Assembly (NCBI GenBank): GCA_944321455.1
Contig: CALULI010000009.1
Coordinates: 2,703-66,702 of the forward strand
Length of the DNA: 64,000 nt
Source: an uncultured Eggerthellaceae bacterium
GTDB taxonomy: Bacteria > Actinomycetota > Coriobacteriia > Coriobacteriales > Eggerthellaceae
Reading direction: 5' to 3'
The notes under the pieces were generated by a model that made no database searches, was not told the origin of the DNA, and saw nothing but the letters and a program-made list of their open reading frames with translations. Shown here in pieces: positions 9,457-20,797 of this stretch (its first letter is position 1; each line of letters opens with the position of its first letter). The position numbers were made by a program, and so were the translations under genes.

Positions 9457-10590
9457 ATGAAGCCAGTAAAAATAAAGGGTTATTATCTGTGCAACTTCAA
9501 CCCATTTTCTTCAGACCATATTCCTACTGGTGTTGACAAGAAGATCATTAGCCAAATTAAGGCATTTAATGAAGAAAAAATAAATTGTGAGTTTATTTAT
9601 TGTCCTTATGCAAAAACAAAGCTAAGACGTGGCTTGGGGAGTTTGCCTTTAGTGTCAGATGGTGTCGAGTGGCCTAACTTGGAGAAAGTGAAAGGTGCTT
9701 CTTTCTTGTATATTAGGCGTCCCTTATATGCATCAAGAGAATTCAATCGCTTTTTGATCAACTTCAAGGAGGAGAATCGAGATTCTCTAGTGATAATTGA
9801 GCTTCCATCTTTCCCTTACGATAAAGAGTTTTCTGGAAAAGAAATGTATTTTGCATTGCGGAAGGATCGAAAGTATCGAAATAAGTGGAAAGATTCTGTC
9901 GACTATATTGCTGACCTATCTGGGAGCAGTGAGATTTTTAATATAAAAACTCTTCCAATAATTAACGGAATCGATCTTGACTCTACTCGTGTAAGGAAAA
10001 GTTCAAGCAAGAAGACCGGAACGATAAATATTATATTTTCAGCGTTCTTTGGACCTTGGCATGGCTGCGATCTGTTAATAAAGGGTTTAGCTAAGTATTA
10101 CGAGCAGGGAGGAGAGAGGGACATTTTGCTGCATCTAGCAGGAGGCGGCAATATGCTTCAAGAAATAGAAAGTATTATCAGAGAAGAGCATCTTGAAAAG
10201 CATGTAAAAATGTATGGTCCCCTCCAACAGGATCAACTCAATACACTTTTTGATGAATGCGATTTTGCAGTAGGAAGTTTGGGGCTCCATCGTCGAAGCG
10301 CAAATTGTAGAGATTCGTCTTTGAAAACTAGAGAATATTTAGCAAAAGGAATTCCTTTTGTTTATGCTGGCACTGTAGATGTTTTTGAAAAAGATCCTGT
10401 TGATTTTTGTTTACAATTGCCATCTGTGGAGAAGCCAACAAACTTTAATGCAATAGTTGACTTCTACGACAAGCTTTATTCGCGCGAGTCGGAAGACTCT
10501 TTAATTCAAAGAATCAGATCATATGCAGAACAGCACATTTCTATGAAGATGGCGATGGCTTCTGTTATTCATGCTATAAAACATGAATAA
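9457..10590 (+). CDS. Glycosyltransferase, GT4/GT-B fold
   Basis: GVDKKIISQIKAF, WHGCDLLIKG, SSLKTREYLAKGIPFV. Confidence 0.8.
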   Translation: MKPVKIKGYYLCNFNPFSSDHIPTGVDKKIISQIKAFNEEKINCEFIYCPYAKTKLRRGLGSLPLVSDGVEWPNLEKVKGASFLYIRRPLYASREFNRFLINFKEENRDSLVIIELPSFPYDKEFSGKEMYFALRKDRKYRNKWKDSVDYIADLSGSSEIFNIKTLPIINGIDLDSTRVRKSSSKKTGTINIIFSAFFGPWHGCDLLIKGLAKYYEQGGERDILLHLAGGGNMLQEIESIIREEHLEKHVKMYGPLQQDQLNTLFDECDFAVGSLGLHRRSANCRDSSLKTREYLAKGIPFVYAGTVDVFEKDPVDFCLQLPSVEKPTNFNAIVDFYDKLYSRESEDSLIQRIRSYAEQHISMKMAMASVIHAIKHE

Positions 10591-10596
10591 CAGAAA

Positions 10597-11706
10597 TTAT
10601 ATATTTGCATGTAACGAATAAAATTCTGAGAGCCATGAAGCCGTATTTCGTATATCAAATCCACATTCTTCGATAAGGGATGTTTGGTCATTCGGCGCAG
10701 TTAAGCTTCGAGCGTATGCTGCGACTGCTACGTCTGCCCAGTTCTGAGCTGAGCCAATATTGAGATGTGATACACGTGGAGTTATACATGCAAATTTTGG
10801 AACACCCTCCGATACTATGCACTCTAGGCCAGCAGCTTGAGCCTCTATGAAAGCTATACCTAGTCCTTCTGATATAGAAGGAAATAAAAAAACATCTGAA
10901 GCCTGAAGGATAAATGGTATATCAGTACGTGTCCCTAGGAATCTTACGGAGTCCTTCAGATTACTAGAAATCACTTGTTGTCTAATTTTGTCGATATCCT
11001 CTCCTGTGCCAACGAGCAATAGGAGAGCGTTGGGCAGTTGCTCTTTTATCTTTTGGAACACTTCTATAAGAAATGGATGGTTCTTTTGTGCGGTGAAGCG
11101 TCCAATATGAAGAAAAACGGGATTGCCGCCAGTATGCAAAGCACTCTTTGCATTTGCAATTAACGTCGAGTTTCTCTTATATAGAGATGAGTCTATGCCG
11201 TTTTTAACTACGGAAAAATTATTGCCATCTGTAATCATTTTTCCAAACCGGCTGATTCCAGCTTCGAGAGAACATGCCATATAGTAGTCTGCTTTGCCGC
11301 GCACAGATCTAGCGATGGTGTTAAACGCAATGTTGTAGAGTGAGTTGTTCGGCATGGCGTTATGGCTATGAGCAATTGCAAATCGTCCTGCCTGTTTAGC
11401 TATTGGCAAATAAACAGGTGCAGAGCTTCCTATATGTCCATGTACGATACGAATTTCAGGATGCTCTTGAAAAAAGGCAATGCAATTATTTCTATAGGAG
11501 AGATAATTAAACAAATAGAATCTAGGAATAGAAAAAATTCTTCCACCTAGTTGACGAATTTCATCATTATAGTCACATTCATTGTTTACATTTAGCAAAA
11601 AATCAAACTGTATTTTGCTACGGTCAATTTTTCGATAGACATTCATAATAAACGTTTCAGCGCCAGCAATGTTCATTGCTCGGATTACGTGTAATATGCG
11701 AATCAA
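10597..11706 (-). CDS. Glycosyltransferase GT4 (EpsF-like), oriented opposite to its neighbours
   Basis: RILHVIRAMNIAGAETFIMNVYRKIDRSKIQFDF, HIGRFTAQKNH, FPSISEGLGIAFIEAQAAGL. TTG at 11706 follows AAGGTG; the ORF track starts at 11724. Confidence 0.9.
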   Translation of the reverse strand: MIRILHVIRAMNIAGAETFIMNVYRKIDRSKIQFDFLLNVNNECDYNDEIRQLGGRIFSIPRFYLFNYLSYRNNCIAFFQEHPEIRIVHGHIGSSAPVYLPIAKQAGRFAIAHSHNAMPNNSLYNIAFNTIARSVRGKADYYMACSLEAGISRFGKMITDGNNFSVVKNGIDSSLYKRNSTLIANAKSALHTGGNPVFLHIGRFTAQKNHPFLIEVFQKIKEQLPNALLLLVGTGEDIDKIRQQVISSNLKDSVRFLGTRTDIPFILQASDVFLFPSISEGLGIAFIEAQAAGLECIVSEGVPKFACITPRVSHLNIGSAQNWADVAVAAYARSLTAPNDQTSLIEECGFDIRNTASWLSEFYSLHANI

Positions 11707-11725
11707 AATAACCACACCTTGCATA

Positions 11726-11797
11726 AAATTGTTTTAACTGTAAGAGTGCTAATGTCCAAATATAATTGTCTAGAAATGTAAGAGTTCAAAACAATTT
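11726..11797. promoter_or_regulatory. Divergent intergenic region: 10-bp inverted repeats bracketing a TATAAT and two TGTAAGAGT direct repeats
   Basis: AAATTGTTTT 11726-11735 and AAAACAATTT 11788-11797; TATAAT 11761-11766; TGTAAGAGT at 11739 and 11777. Confidence 0.5.
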
Positions 11798-11811
11798 GAG
11801 GAGCTACACAA

Positions 11812-12675
11812 ATGTTATGTATATTTACGCCTACATTTAACAGGGGATATATACTAACCCGTCTATACAATAGTTTAAAGAATCAGACTTGCCAAGAATT
11901 TGAGTGGTTTATTGTCGATGATGGATCAAGTGATAATACCGAAGAACTTATCAAGGGTTTCCAAGAAGAGGAATTGATAAAAATAAAATATGTTAAGACT
12001 AGTAATGGAGGTAAACAACGAGCTCATAATTTAGCAGTATCTCAATGTACTGATGAGCTATTCTTGTGCGTTGATTCGGATGACTATCTTGTTGATAATG
12101 CAGTTGAAAAGCTGATAAGAAAGTGGGACTCAGTAAGAGGCGATGAGGATATTGCCGGGGTAGTCTTTCTCAAAGGATATTCTTCTCATAAGCCATTAAA
12201 CGGTGAGCTTCCTGTAGATACAAGCAGAATTCATCTTAGGACTCTATATAAAAAATATCGTTTTAAAGGCGATGCTGGATTGATGTATAGAACAGAAATA
12301 TTGCGCGAGCATCCTTTTTATATTGCGCCCAATGAAAAGTTCATAGGCGAGAGTTTCGCCTATGATCAGATAGACCAAGAATATAAAATGAGCATTTGCA
12401 ATGAAATTCTTTATATTGCCGAATATTTGCCCGATGGATACACGAAGAACGTGAGAAAGGTGACAAAAGAAAATCCAATTGGCTATATGACTTTAAAGAA
12501 GCAATCAATAGTTTTTGATAAAAAAATTTCAGAAAAATTTTATGATACGATTTTGTTTTTAGTGGGAGGAATGTTAGCAAATCAAAAGGAGCTTATTAGC
12601 AAAGCTCCGAACAAAGCTATAGCGGTAGCGTCATACATTCCTGCAATGTTGACTAAGTTCATATTTTTTAGATAA
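11812..12675 (+). CDS. Glycosyltransferase GT2
   Basis: IFTPTFNR, IVDDGSSD, NGGKQRAHN, CVDSDD. Confidence 0.9.
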   Translation: MLCIFTPTFNRGYILTRLYNSLKNQTCQEFEWFIVDDGSSDNTEELIKGFQEEELIKIKYVKTSNGGKQRAHNLAVSQCTDELFLCVDSDDYLVDNAVEKLIRKWDSVRGDEDIAGVVFLKGYSSHKPLNGELPVDTSRIHLRTLYKKYRFKGDAGLMYRTEILREHPFYIAPNEKFIGESFAYDQIDQEYKMSICNEILYIAEYLPDGYTKNVRKVTKENPIGYMTLKKQSIVFDKKISEKFYDTILFLVGGMLANQKELISKAPNKAIAVASYIPAMLTKFIFFR

Positions 12676-12703
12676 ATATACTTAAATTATTGAGGGTCTG
12701 CGG

Positions 12704-13846
12704 ATGTATACTTTTATGTTTTTTTCAGCATTATATTTACCTCATTTGGGCGGAGTAGAAAATTACACTTACAAGTTATCATCTGAGCTTGTAAATCAAG
12801 GACATCGTGTAATTATTGTCACCAGCGCTATTTCGAATGATGAGGGCGTATATAAAGAAGGCGGAATAAAAGTTTACAGGCTTCCCACGATAGCTGCTAT
12901 GGGTGGAAGGTTCCCCATATTAATAAAAAATTCTATATATTGGAAAATGTGGACTGAAATAAGATCCATTTCAGCTGATTGCGTTATAGCAAATACGCGT
13001 TACTATCAGCTCTCCATTGAGGCGATTAAGCTCGCAAAAGAAAAAAACATTAACGCAATCTTGATAGATCATTCCACAAGCTATTTGAGGACTGGTAATA
13101 AATTTATAGATCCTTTTGTTCGTCTTTATGAGATGTTGGTTACTAGACGTATAGCCAAAATGAATCCGGACTTCTATTCCGTTTCACGTCTCGGCATGAG
13201 TTGGCTTAAATCTTTAGGCATAAACCCAAGCGGCGTATTGCCAAATGCAGTTGATGAAAAAGATTTTTCTTGTAAGGCCAAAAATAATGTAGTCAGTGAA
13301 AGTAACGGAAAATTTTATGTTACCTATGCAGGCAGGTTATTGCAGGAGAAGGGCATACTAAAATTATGCGCAGCTGTTCGCGATCTTATATCGGAAGGGT
13401 ATAAAGACATTATCCTAAAAGTGGCCGGCTCTGGACCTGCCCAAAAATCTGTGAAGAAATATGAGAGCGATAATATTCAAATTCTGGGGCGTTTGAATTC
13501 TAAAGAAATGGCAGGGCTATTTAATTTGACTCATGTATTTTGTCTACCGACGGATTATCCCGAGGGCTTTCCTACAGTATTGTTGGAAGCAGCAATTTGC
13601 GAAACAGGAATTGTTGTCTCAAATACCGGTGGTGTTGAAGAACTACTGCCTGATAAGAAGTACGGGATTGTATTAGAAGACACTTCTATCGAGTCAATAA
13701 AAAAAGGAATTTTGTCATACTACAATAATCGAGAATATTTAGCCTTGTCTGCGGCAAACGTAAAACAACACGTGAAAGAAAATTATTCATGGGATAAAAC
13801 AGCAGGTCGGTTGATTCGCTATTGTAAAGAACATAATATTGGATAA
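12704..13846 (+). CDS. Glycosyltransferase GT4
   Basis: YLPHLGGVENY, YAGRLLQEKG, EGFPTVLLEAA. Confidence 0.9.
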   Translation: MYTFMFFSALYLPHLGGVENYTYKLSSELVNQGHRVIIVTSAISNDEGVYKEGGIKVYRLPTIAAMGGRFPILIKNSIYWKMWTEIRSISADCVIANTRYYQLSIEAIKLAKEKNINAILIDHSTSYLRTGNKFIDPFVRLYEMLVTRRIAKMNPDFYSVSRLGMSWLKSLGINPSGVLPNAVDEKDFSCKAKNNVVSESNGKFYVTYAGRLLQEKGILKLCAAVRDLISEGYKDIILKVAGSGPAQKSVKKYESDNIQILGRLNSKEMAGLFNLTHVFCLPTDYPEGFPTVLLEAAICETGIVVSNTGGVEELLPDKKYGIVLEDTSIESIKKGILSYYNNREYLALSAANVKQHVKENYSWDKTAGRLIRYCKEHNIG

Positions 13847-13933
13847 TATCAAAATAATTTGTAAGCTTCGTATTGATGTGCATTGCAACAGATTCGATTC
13901 TAGCATTTGTAGCTAATATTATTTGAGGTATAA

Positions 13934-14635
13934 ATGAAAACATTATTGATCATACCTGCTTATAATGAAGAGGATTCAATAGAATCCACCATAAACTCAA
14001 TTATGAATGAGGGGCTTGATGTTGATTATCTGATTGTCAACGATGGTTCTAAAGATAGCACGGCAAAGGTTTGCCGTAAGTTTCATTATCCATTTTTAGA
14101 TCTGTCCACAAACTTAGGTTTAGCGGGCGCCTTCCAAGCTGGAATGAAGTATGCGTATCGGCATGGATACGAATGCGCGATCCAATTTGATGCCGATGGG
14201 CAACATTTACCAGAATATGTTCACATATTAGAAGAGGCAATAAAGAGCAGCGATATAGTTATCGGCTCACGTTTCTTAACACAAAAAAAGCCGATATCTC
14301 CCAGAATGCTCGGTAGTAATCTAATCTCATTAGCTATAAAAATAACAACTGGAAAGAAGTTAAGCGATCCAACATCAGGAATGAGAGCATTTAACAAAAG
14401 AATGATTAAATATCTTGCGCTGGGCTTAAACTTTGGTCCAGAACCTGACACCGTATCTTATCTTATAAAGAGTGCAAATGCTAAGGTAGTTGAAGTTCCT
14501 GTAAAAATGGCAGAAAGAGTTGCTGGGGAAAGCTACCTAAATCCTTGGACCTCTTTTGTTTATATGCTGAGGATGTTTGTCTCGATATTGTTTATGCAAC
14601 TTGTAAGAAAGCGTATGGAGGAAGCAGAGAAATGA
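13934..14635 (+). CDS. GT2 polyprenyl-phosphate glycosyltransferase (DPM1/GacI-like)
   Basis: IIPAYNEE, VNDGSKD, NLGLAGAFQAG, QFDADGQH, VIGSRF, DPTSGMRA. Confidence 0.85.
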   Translation: MKTLLIIPAYNEEDSIESTINSIMNEGLDVDYLIVNDGSKDSTAKVCRKFHYPFLDLSTNLGLAGAFQAGMKYAYRHGYECAIQFDADGQHLPEYVHILEEAIKSSDIVIGSRFLTQKKPISPRMLGSNLISLAIKITTGKKLSDPTSGMRAFNKRMIKYLALGLNFGPEPDTVSYLIKSANAKVVEVPVKMAERVAGESYLNPWTSFVYMLRMFVSILFMQLVRKRMEEAEK

Positions 14636-15006
14636 CAATTGAACTACGTATTGTGCTCATTGGCGTTTCTTTGCTAACGCTGCTATTTATAGCAAAGAAG
14701 GTAAGAAATTCGAAAGTTAAACTAGAGGACTCAATTTTCTGGTTTTGCTTTGCCGTGGTGATCTTACTTATCAGTATCTTTCCAGAGGTTTTTTATGCGT
14801 TGTCTAGCTTTGTTGGAACGGATGCGCCAGTTCATTTCGTTTTCTTATTTTTTATTTTTGTTTTATTAATTCAGATTTTCCAATTAAGTATGAGAGTGTC
14901 CCAGTCGGATACAAAGATTAAAGAGCTAACGCAGCAACTGGCGATTGAAAAATTTGAGCGTTATCGAAACGATCGAAACAAAAATCAGGACAAGCATAAA
15001 GAATAG
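14632..15006 (+). CDS. DUF2304 small membrane protein (GacJ-like partner of the GT2)
   Basis: Three hydrophobic segments, KVRNSKVKLEDSIFW, C-terminal IKELTQQLAI. ATG at 14632 overlaps the upstream stop (ATGA). Confidence 0.8.
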   Translation: MTIELRIVLIGVSLLTLLFIAKKVRNSKVKLEDSIFWFCFAVVILLISIFPEVFYALSSFVGTDAPVHFVFLFFIFVLLIQIFQLSMRVSQSDTKIKELTQQLAIEKFERYRNDRNKNQDKHKE

Positions 15007-15022
15007 ATTTTGAGGAATTATA

Positions 15023-16929
<1,907 letters not shown>

Positions 16930-16988
16930 AGAAACTATATTAATGCTGCATCAGCCAGCCGCGCTAATCGATTTGTTCAGAGAATATA

Positions 16989-18053
16989 ATGACCGTAAAA
17001 ATATCAGTATTAATACCAATTTATAACGCAGAAAAATTTCTTTTTCAGGCGCTGGAATCTTTGCATCAGCAGATTTGGGAACAGATAGAATTTATCTGCC
17101 TCAACGACGGGTCAACTGACGATTCCCTCGCGATTGTTCAAGGCTTTCTTGAGAAAGATGATCGCTTTAAGCTCATAAATAAAGATAATTCTGGATACGG
17201 GTCTTCCATGAATTTAGGAATTGAAAAAGCCCAGGGAGACTATGTAGCTATTTTTGAGCCCGATGACTATATCGAAGGGCAAATGTATGCAGATCTGTAT
17301 CGCCTTGCTGAGGTGCAGGATTATCCTGATGTAGTTAAATCTGCGTACTGGAGCATTGATGATTCCGCAGGAACAGTCGAGCGCTTCCGTTGCGGTTATT
17401 GGAAGCGTATCAAGCATGAAAAAACAACTTTTATCATAAAAGAAGAACCTTTACTAACGAGATACCATCCGTCAATTTGGTCGGCGATTTATCGTAGAGA
17501 CTTTTTGCAGGAAAACAATATTCACTTTAAAGAAATTCCTGGTGCAGGATGGGTCGACAATCCTTTCATGATGGAAACGCTTTTAAAGGCGCGATCTATT
17601 GCTTATACCGATAATGCTTATTATTGCTATCGTGATGCTCATGAGGGGTCTTCAACAGCAAATATTTCCGATATGCATATGCCCGTTGATCGATGGCTGG
17701 AAATGGCTGAAATTATGCGTAAGAACTCTTCAGCCACTTCAGGCGAGCTTTGGTCTATCCATGCATACAAAGCATTTCTGTATCTTGAATTCGCTAAGCA
17801 AGCTAAGAACTATGATGCGGAAGAGTGGCAGACCCTTGCTGGTCGTGTGCTAGGTACGCTTGATCCAAGTGTTGTAGCAGGCTCCGAATACCTATCAGAT
17901 AAAGAAAAGCATGCGTATGAAGAAATAACTGGGAGAGAGCTGCCAGCTTGGAATAATCGCGCCTATACTTTTATGCTGATGAAAGAGGCTTACTGGAAAG
18001 TTCGCCAGAACGGTATTGGGTTTATGCTTAAGCGTGCTAAACAGCACGCTTAA
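16989..18053 (+). CDS. Glycosyltransferase GT2
   Basis: SVLIPIYNAE, LNDGSTD, NSGYGSSMN, IFEPDD, PGAGWVDNPF. Confidence 0.9.
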   Translation: MTVKISVLIPIYNAEKFLFQALESLHQQIWEQIEFICLNDGSTDDSLAIVQGFLEKDDRFKLINKDNSGYGSSMNLGIEKAQGDYVAIFEPDDYIEGQMYADLYRLAEVQDYPDVVKSAYWSIDDSAGTVERFRCGYWKRIKHEKTTFIIKEEPLLTRYHPSIWSAIYRRDFLQENNIHFKEIPGAGWVDNPFMMETLLKARSIAYTDNAYYCYRDAHEGSSTANISDMHMPVDRWLEMAEIMRKNSSATSGELWSIHAYKAFLYLEFAKQAKNYDAEEWQTLAGRVLGTLDPSVVAGSEYLSDKEKHAYEEITGRELPAWNNRAYTFMLMKEAYWKVRQNGIGFMLKRAKQHA

Positions 18054-18068
18054 GACAAGTTAATTGTT

Positions 18069-19922
18069 TTATTGATTCGACTTTTTCTGAGCGAGTAAAA
18101 GAGCGCGCTCAAGTAGCTGACGGTCGCGATAGGAATATACGGCATCATCGCCAATGAAGATAATTTTTTCGAGCGTCTGCGCCTTGTTCTGAATATAGTG
18201 GATCGCCTTTGAGACGGCATCTAAGCTTCCTGAGTCTTCAAGAATGATGGGTAAACCAAAGCGTCCCGCAAAGGTTCCTAATGTGTATGAATGTTCCGGC
18301 TGCCATGAGGAAGAAATAAGAACGGAATGGCCCATTTCAATGCCGAGCGATTCAAGCTTATTTTCTACGAGCTCGTTGATCATATGATTTGCTTGGTAGG
18401 TATCGGTACCTACCAAGCGCTCGACCTCTAATCCCTTATCTCTCAAAGTGTCAAGGCAAGAGTCTTGAATTTCGGCGCCATTGCCAACAATAAGGATCTT
18501 TTTAAAATTGGCTATAAGAACATTAACGATCTCATCTCGTATGGTCTTAGGGGTCAGACAGTAAAAAAGAGGCGTTTGCGTTTTGTACATATAGGGAGTC
18601 AAGGTTAGGATATCCTCGAAACACTCCTTGTAAGACAATATAGCAACTTCACCCCAATCGTCCTTTTTCTTAGAGGCAAAGTTAAAGACTTCCAAGCTAA
18701 GCAAATCTTTTTCATCTGTGTTTATAACTTTAAGATTTGCTTCAGGGAAATTAGCTACAAAAGAATCCCAAACATTTGGAAAAATTGAATCACTGGTTTT
18801 AACAGCGATAATTTTTGAAGGATTAAGTTCTTTAAGCGCTCGAAGCGTGGCAGCAGGAATCATTTCCTTGCCAATAGTGAAAATCGGTGCATTGTAGGTT
18901 GCCGCAATAATATTTGCTAATAAATTATCGGGCCTTGATTCGCCTGATGTAACAATTATGCAGTCAGAGCTTGCACCGTTCTCAATGCATTTATTTGCTA
19001 ACTTGATGGCGGTTGTATAGCGGCTTTCGCCTGCTATTACATCGATTTGATCGCCGCTAGGGATGACATCCTTGTTGAACATGGTGTCGAGTACAAGTTT
19101 TTCATCTTCGCTGCTTCCCTCGCGGCCGCCAACAATGCGATATGTTTCACAAACATCATGCGCAGCCCCAATCATGCGGACATGGCCTTTTTCAATCCAT
19201 ATAGCCTTATTGCAGAGACGCTCGACCTGATCGGTATTGTGGGAAACGATGAGGACGGTTACCTGATGGTCTTTAATCATGGAGCTAATGCGACGTTCGC
19301 ATTTTTGCTGAAACATGAAATCGCCTACAGAAAGAACCTCGTCAACAATAAGGACATCTGGAATTGTTGCTGTTGCAACTGCAAAGGCGATGCGGGCAAC
19401 CATACCAGAAGAATAGTTCTTGAGAGGCATATCAAGGAATTTCTCGATCTCAGCAAATTCTACAATTTCATCAAAATGAGAGTCAATGAATTCTTTGGTG
19501 TAGCCAAGCAGGGCTCCATTTAGATATACGTTTTCACGTGCCGTTAGATCCATGTCAAAGCCAGCGCCGAGTTCAATCAAAGGCGCAATATTGCCTTTAA
19601 CCTTGCAAGATCCCATGCTTGGGTCAAGAACGCCTGCGATAATTTTCAGTACGGTTGATTTACCTGAGCCATTGGTTCCAAGGATGCCAAACACATCACC
19701 GCGCTTTACCTGAAAGGAAACGTCATCAAGCGCGCGGAATTCTTTAAAGCGCAGTTCGTGACGTGCCAACGCGATAGCATACTCCTTGAGGCTATTGAGC
19801 TGTTCGCTAGCCATGTTGAAGATCATGGTTACGTGATCAACATCAACCATCACTTCAGCGTTAGGGTCATCAACTGTATCCAGTGTAGAACCAAGAAAAG
19901 ATTTATTTACTGCTTCTGGCAT
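18069..19922 (-). CDS. wzt: Wzt/RgpD-type polysaccharide ABC exporter ATPase fused to three CWB2 (cell wall binding repeat 2)-like domains
   Basis: NBD: GTNGSGKST, YSSGM, VLIVDE, VSH. C-terminal half: IAGESRYTTAIKLA..IVTSGESRPDNLLA..APIFT, a second diverged unit, and VERLVGTDTYQAN..GLPIIL..KIIFIGDDAVYS. Confidence 0.85.
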   Translation of the reverse strand: MPEAVNKSFLGSTLDTVDDPNAEVMVDVDHVTMIFNMASEQLNSLKEYAIALARHELRFKEFRALDDVSFQVKRGDVFGILGTNGSGKSTVLKIIAGVLDPSMGSCKVKGNIAPLIELGAGFDMDLTARENVYLNGALLGYTKEFIDSHFDEIVEFAEIEKFLDMPLKNYSSGMVARIAFAVATATIPDVLIVDEVLSVGDFMFQQKCERRISSMIKDHQVTVLIVSHNTDQVERLCNKAIWIEKGHVRMIGAAHDVCETYRIVGGREGSSEDEKLVLDTMFNKDVIPSGDQIDVIAGESRYTTAIKLANKCIENGASSDCIIVTSGESRPDNLLANIIAATYNAPIFTIGKEMIPAATLRALKELNPSKIIAVKTSDSIFPNVWDSFVANFPEANLKVINTDEKDLLSLEVFNFASKKKDDWGEVAILSYKECFEDILTLTPYMYKTQTPLFYCLTPKTIRDEIVNVLIANFKKILIVGNGAEIQDSCLDTLRDKGLEVERLVGTDTYQANHMINELVENKLESLGIEMGHSVLISSSWQPEHSYTLGTFAGRFGLPIILEDSGSLDAVSKAIHYIQNKAQTLEKIIFIGDDAVYSYRDRQLLERALLLAQKKSNQ

Positions 19923-19943
19923 ATCTATTCACCTAAGACCTAA

Positions 19944-20732
19944 TTAAACGTAAAGAATGAATTTCTTCTCAAACTTCTTAAAAACCGCTAGGCCAATCAA
20001 GAAGAAAACCACGCCCAGGCCTAGACAAATAAGATTCTCTTGAATGCCTGGGGTTTGCCCCCAAAGAGCGATTTGCCTGAAGTAGGTGATGAAGTGGTAC
20101 ATCGGGTTGAAATTCATGATGGTTGCCATCCAATCAGGCAAAATGCTTATTGGATAGAAAATAGGCGTAGCGTATGTCCATGCTGTTACAACAACGCTCC
20201 ATAAATGAATGATATCCCTGAAGAATACCGCAAGAGCTGAGAGCAACATGCCAATTCCTGCGCTGAAGAGAACGATATAGATCAACAGCAAGGGAAGGAA
20301 AATAAAGTTGAATGTAGGAACCACCTGGAAAAAGATCATTACAGCAGCAATTGCAATAAGAGAAATGCAGAAATTTACCAGCTGAAAAAGAACCTTTTCA
20401 ATAGGAAAGAGAACTTTCTTAATCTTAATTTTCTTGATAAGAGAAGAAGAATCAAGAATAGAGCGCATTGCGCTAGTCGTTGAATCTCCCATGAGGGAAA
20501 ACAGAGTACTGCCCAAGATCAAATAAAGCGGATAATACTCAATGTCGAACCTGAACATAAAACTAAATACCGCCGTCAAGACGCACATCATTAATAAAGG
20601 GTTAAGCACAGACCAGAGTACGCCCAAAGTACTACGGCGATATTTCAATTTAAAATCTTTAGATATCAAAGATGACAGGATGAATTTATCTCTTTTCCAA
20701 CCTGGTTTGGAGAAGCTTTCCAAAGCAGCCAC
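19944..20732 (-). CDS. wzm: Wzm/RgpC-type ABC-2 polysaccharide exporter permease
   Basis: SKDFKLKYRRSTLGVLWSVLNPLL, YATPIFYP, FNPMYHFI; 6 TM segments. Confidence 0.93.
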   Translation of the reverse strand: MAALESFSKPGWKRDKFILSSLISKDFKLKYRRSTLGVLWSVLNPLLMMCVLTAVFSFMFRFDIEYYPLYLILGSTLFSLMGDSTTSAMRSILDSSSLIKKIKIKKVLFPIEKVLFQLVNFCISLIAIAAVMIFFQVVPTFNFIFLPLLLIYIVLFSAGIGMLLSALAVFFRDIIHLWSVVVTAWTYATPIFYPISILPDWMATIMNFNPMYHFITYFRQIALWGQTPGIQENLICLGLGVVFFLIGLAVFKKFEKKFILYV

Positions 20733-20797
20733 CTTCCGTTTGCTTATTAGTTATCGCTATTTTATTGCAAAAAGAGCACATGTAAGTTTGCTGAAAT

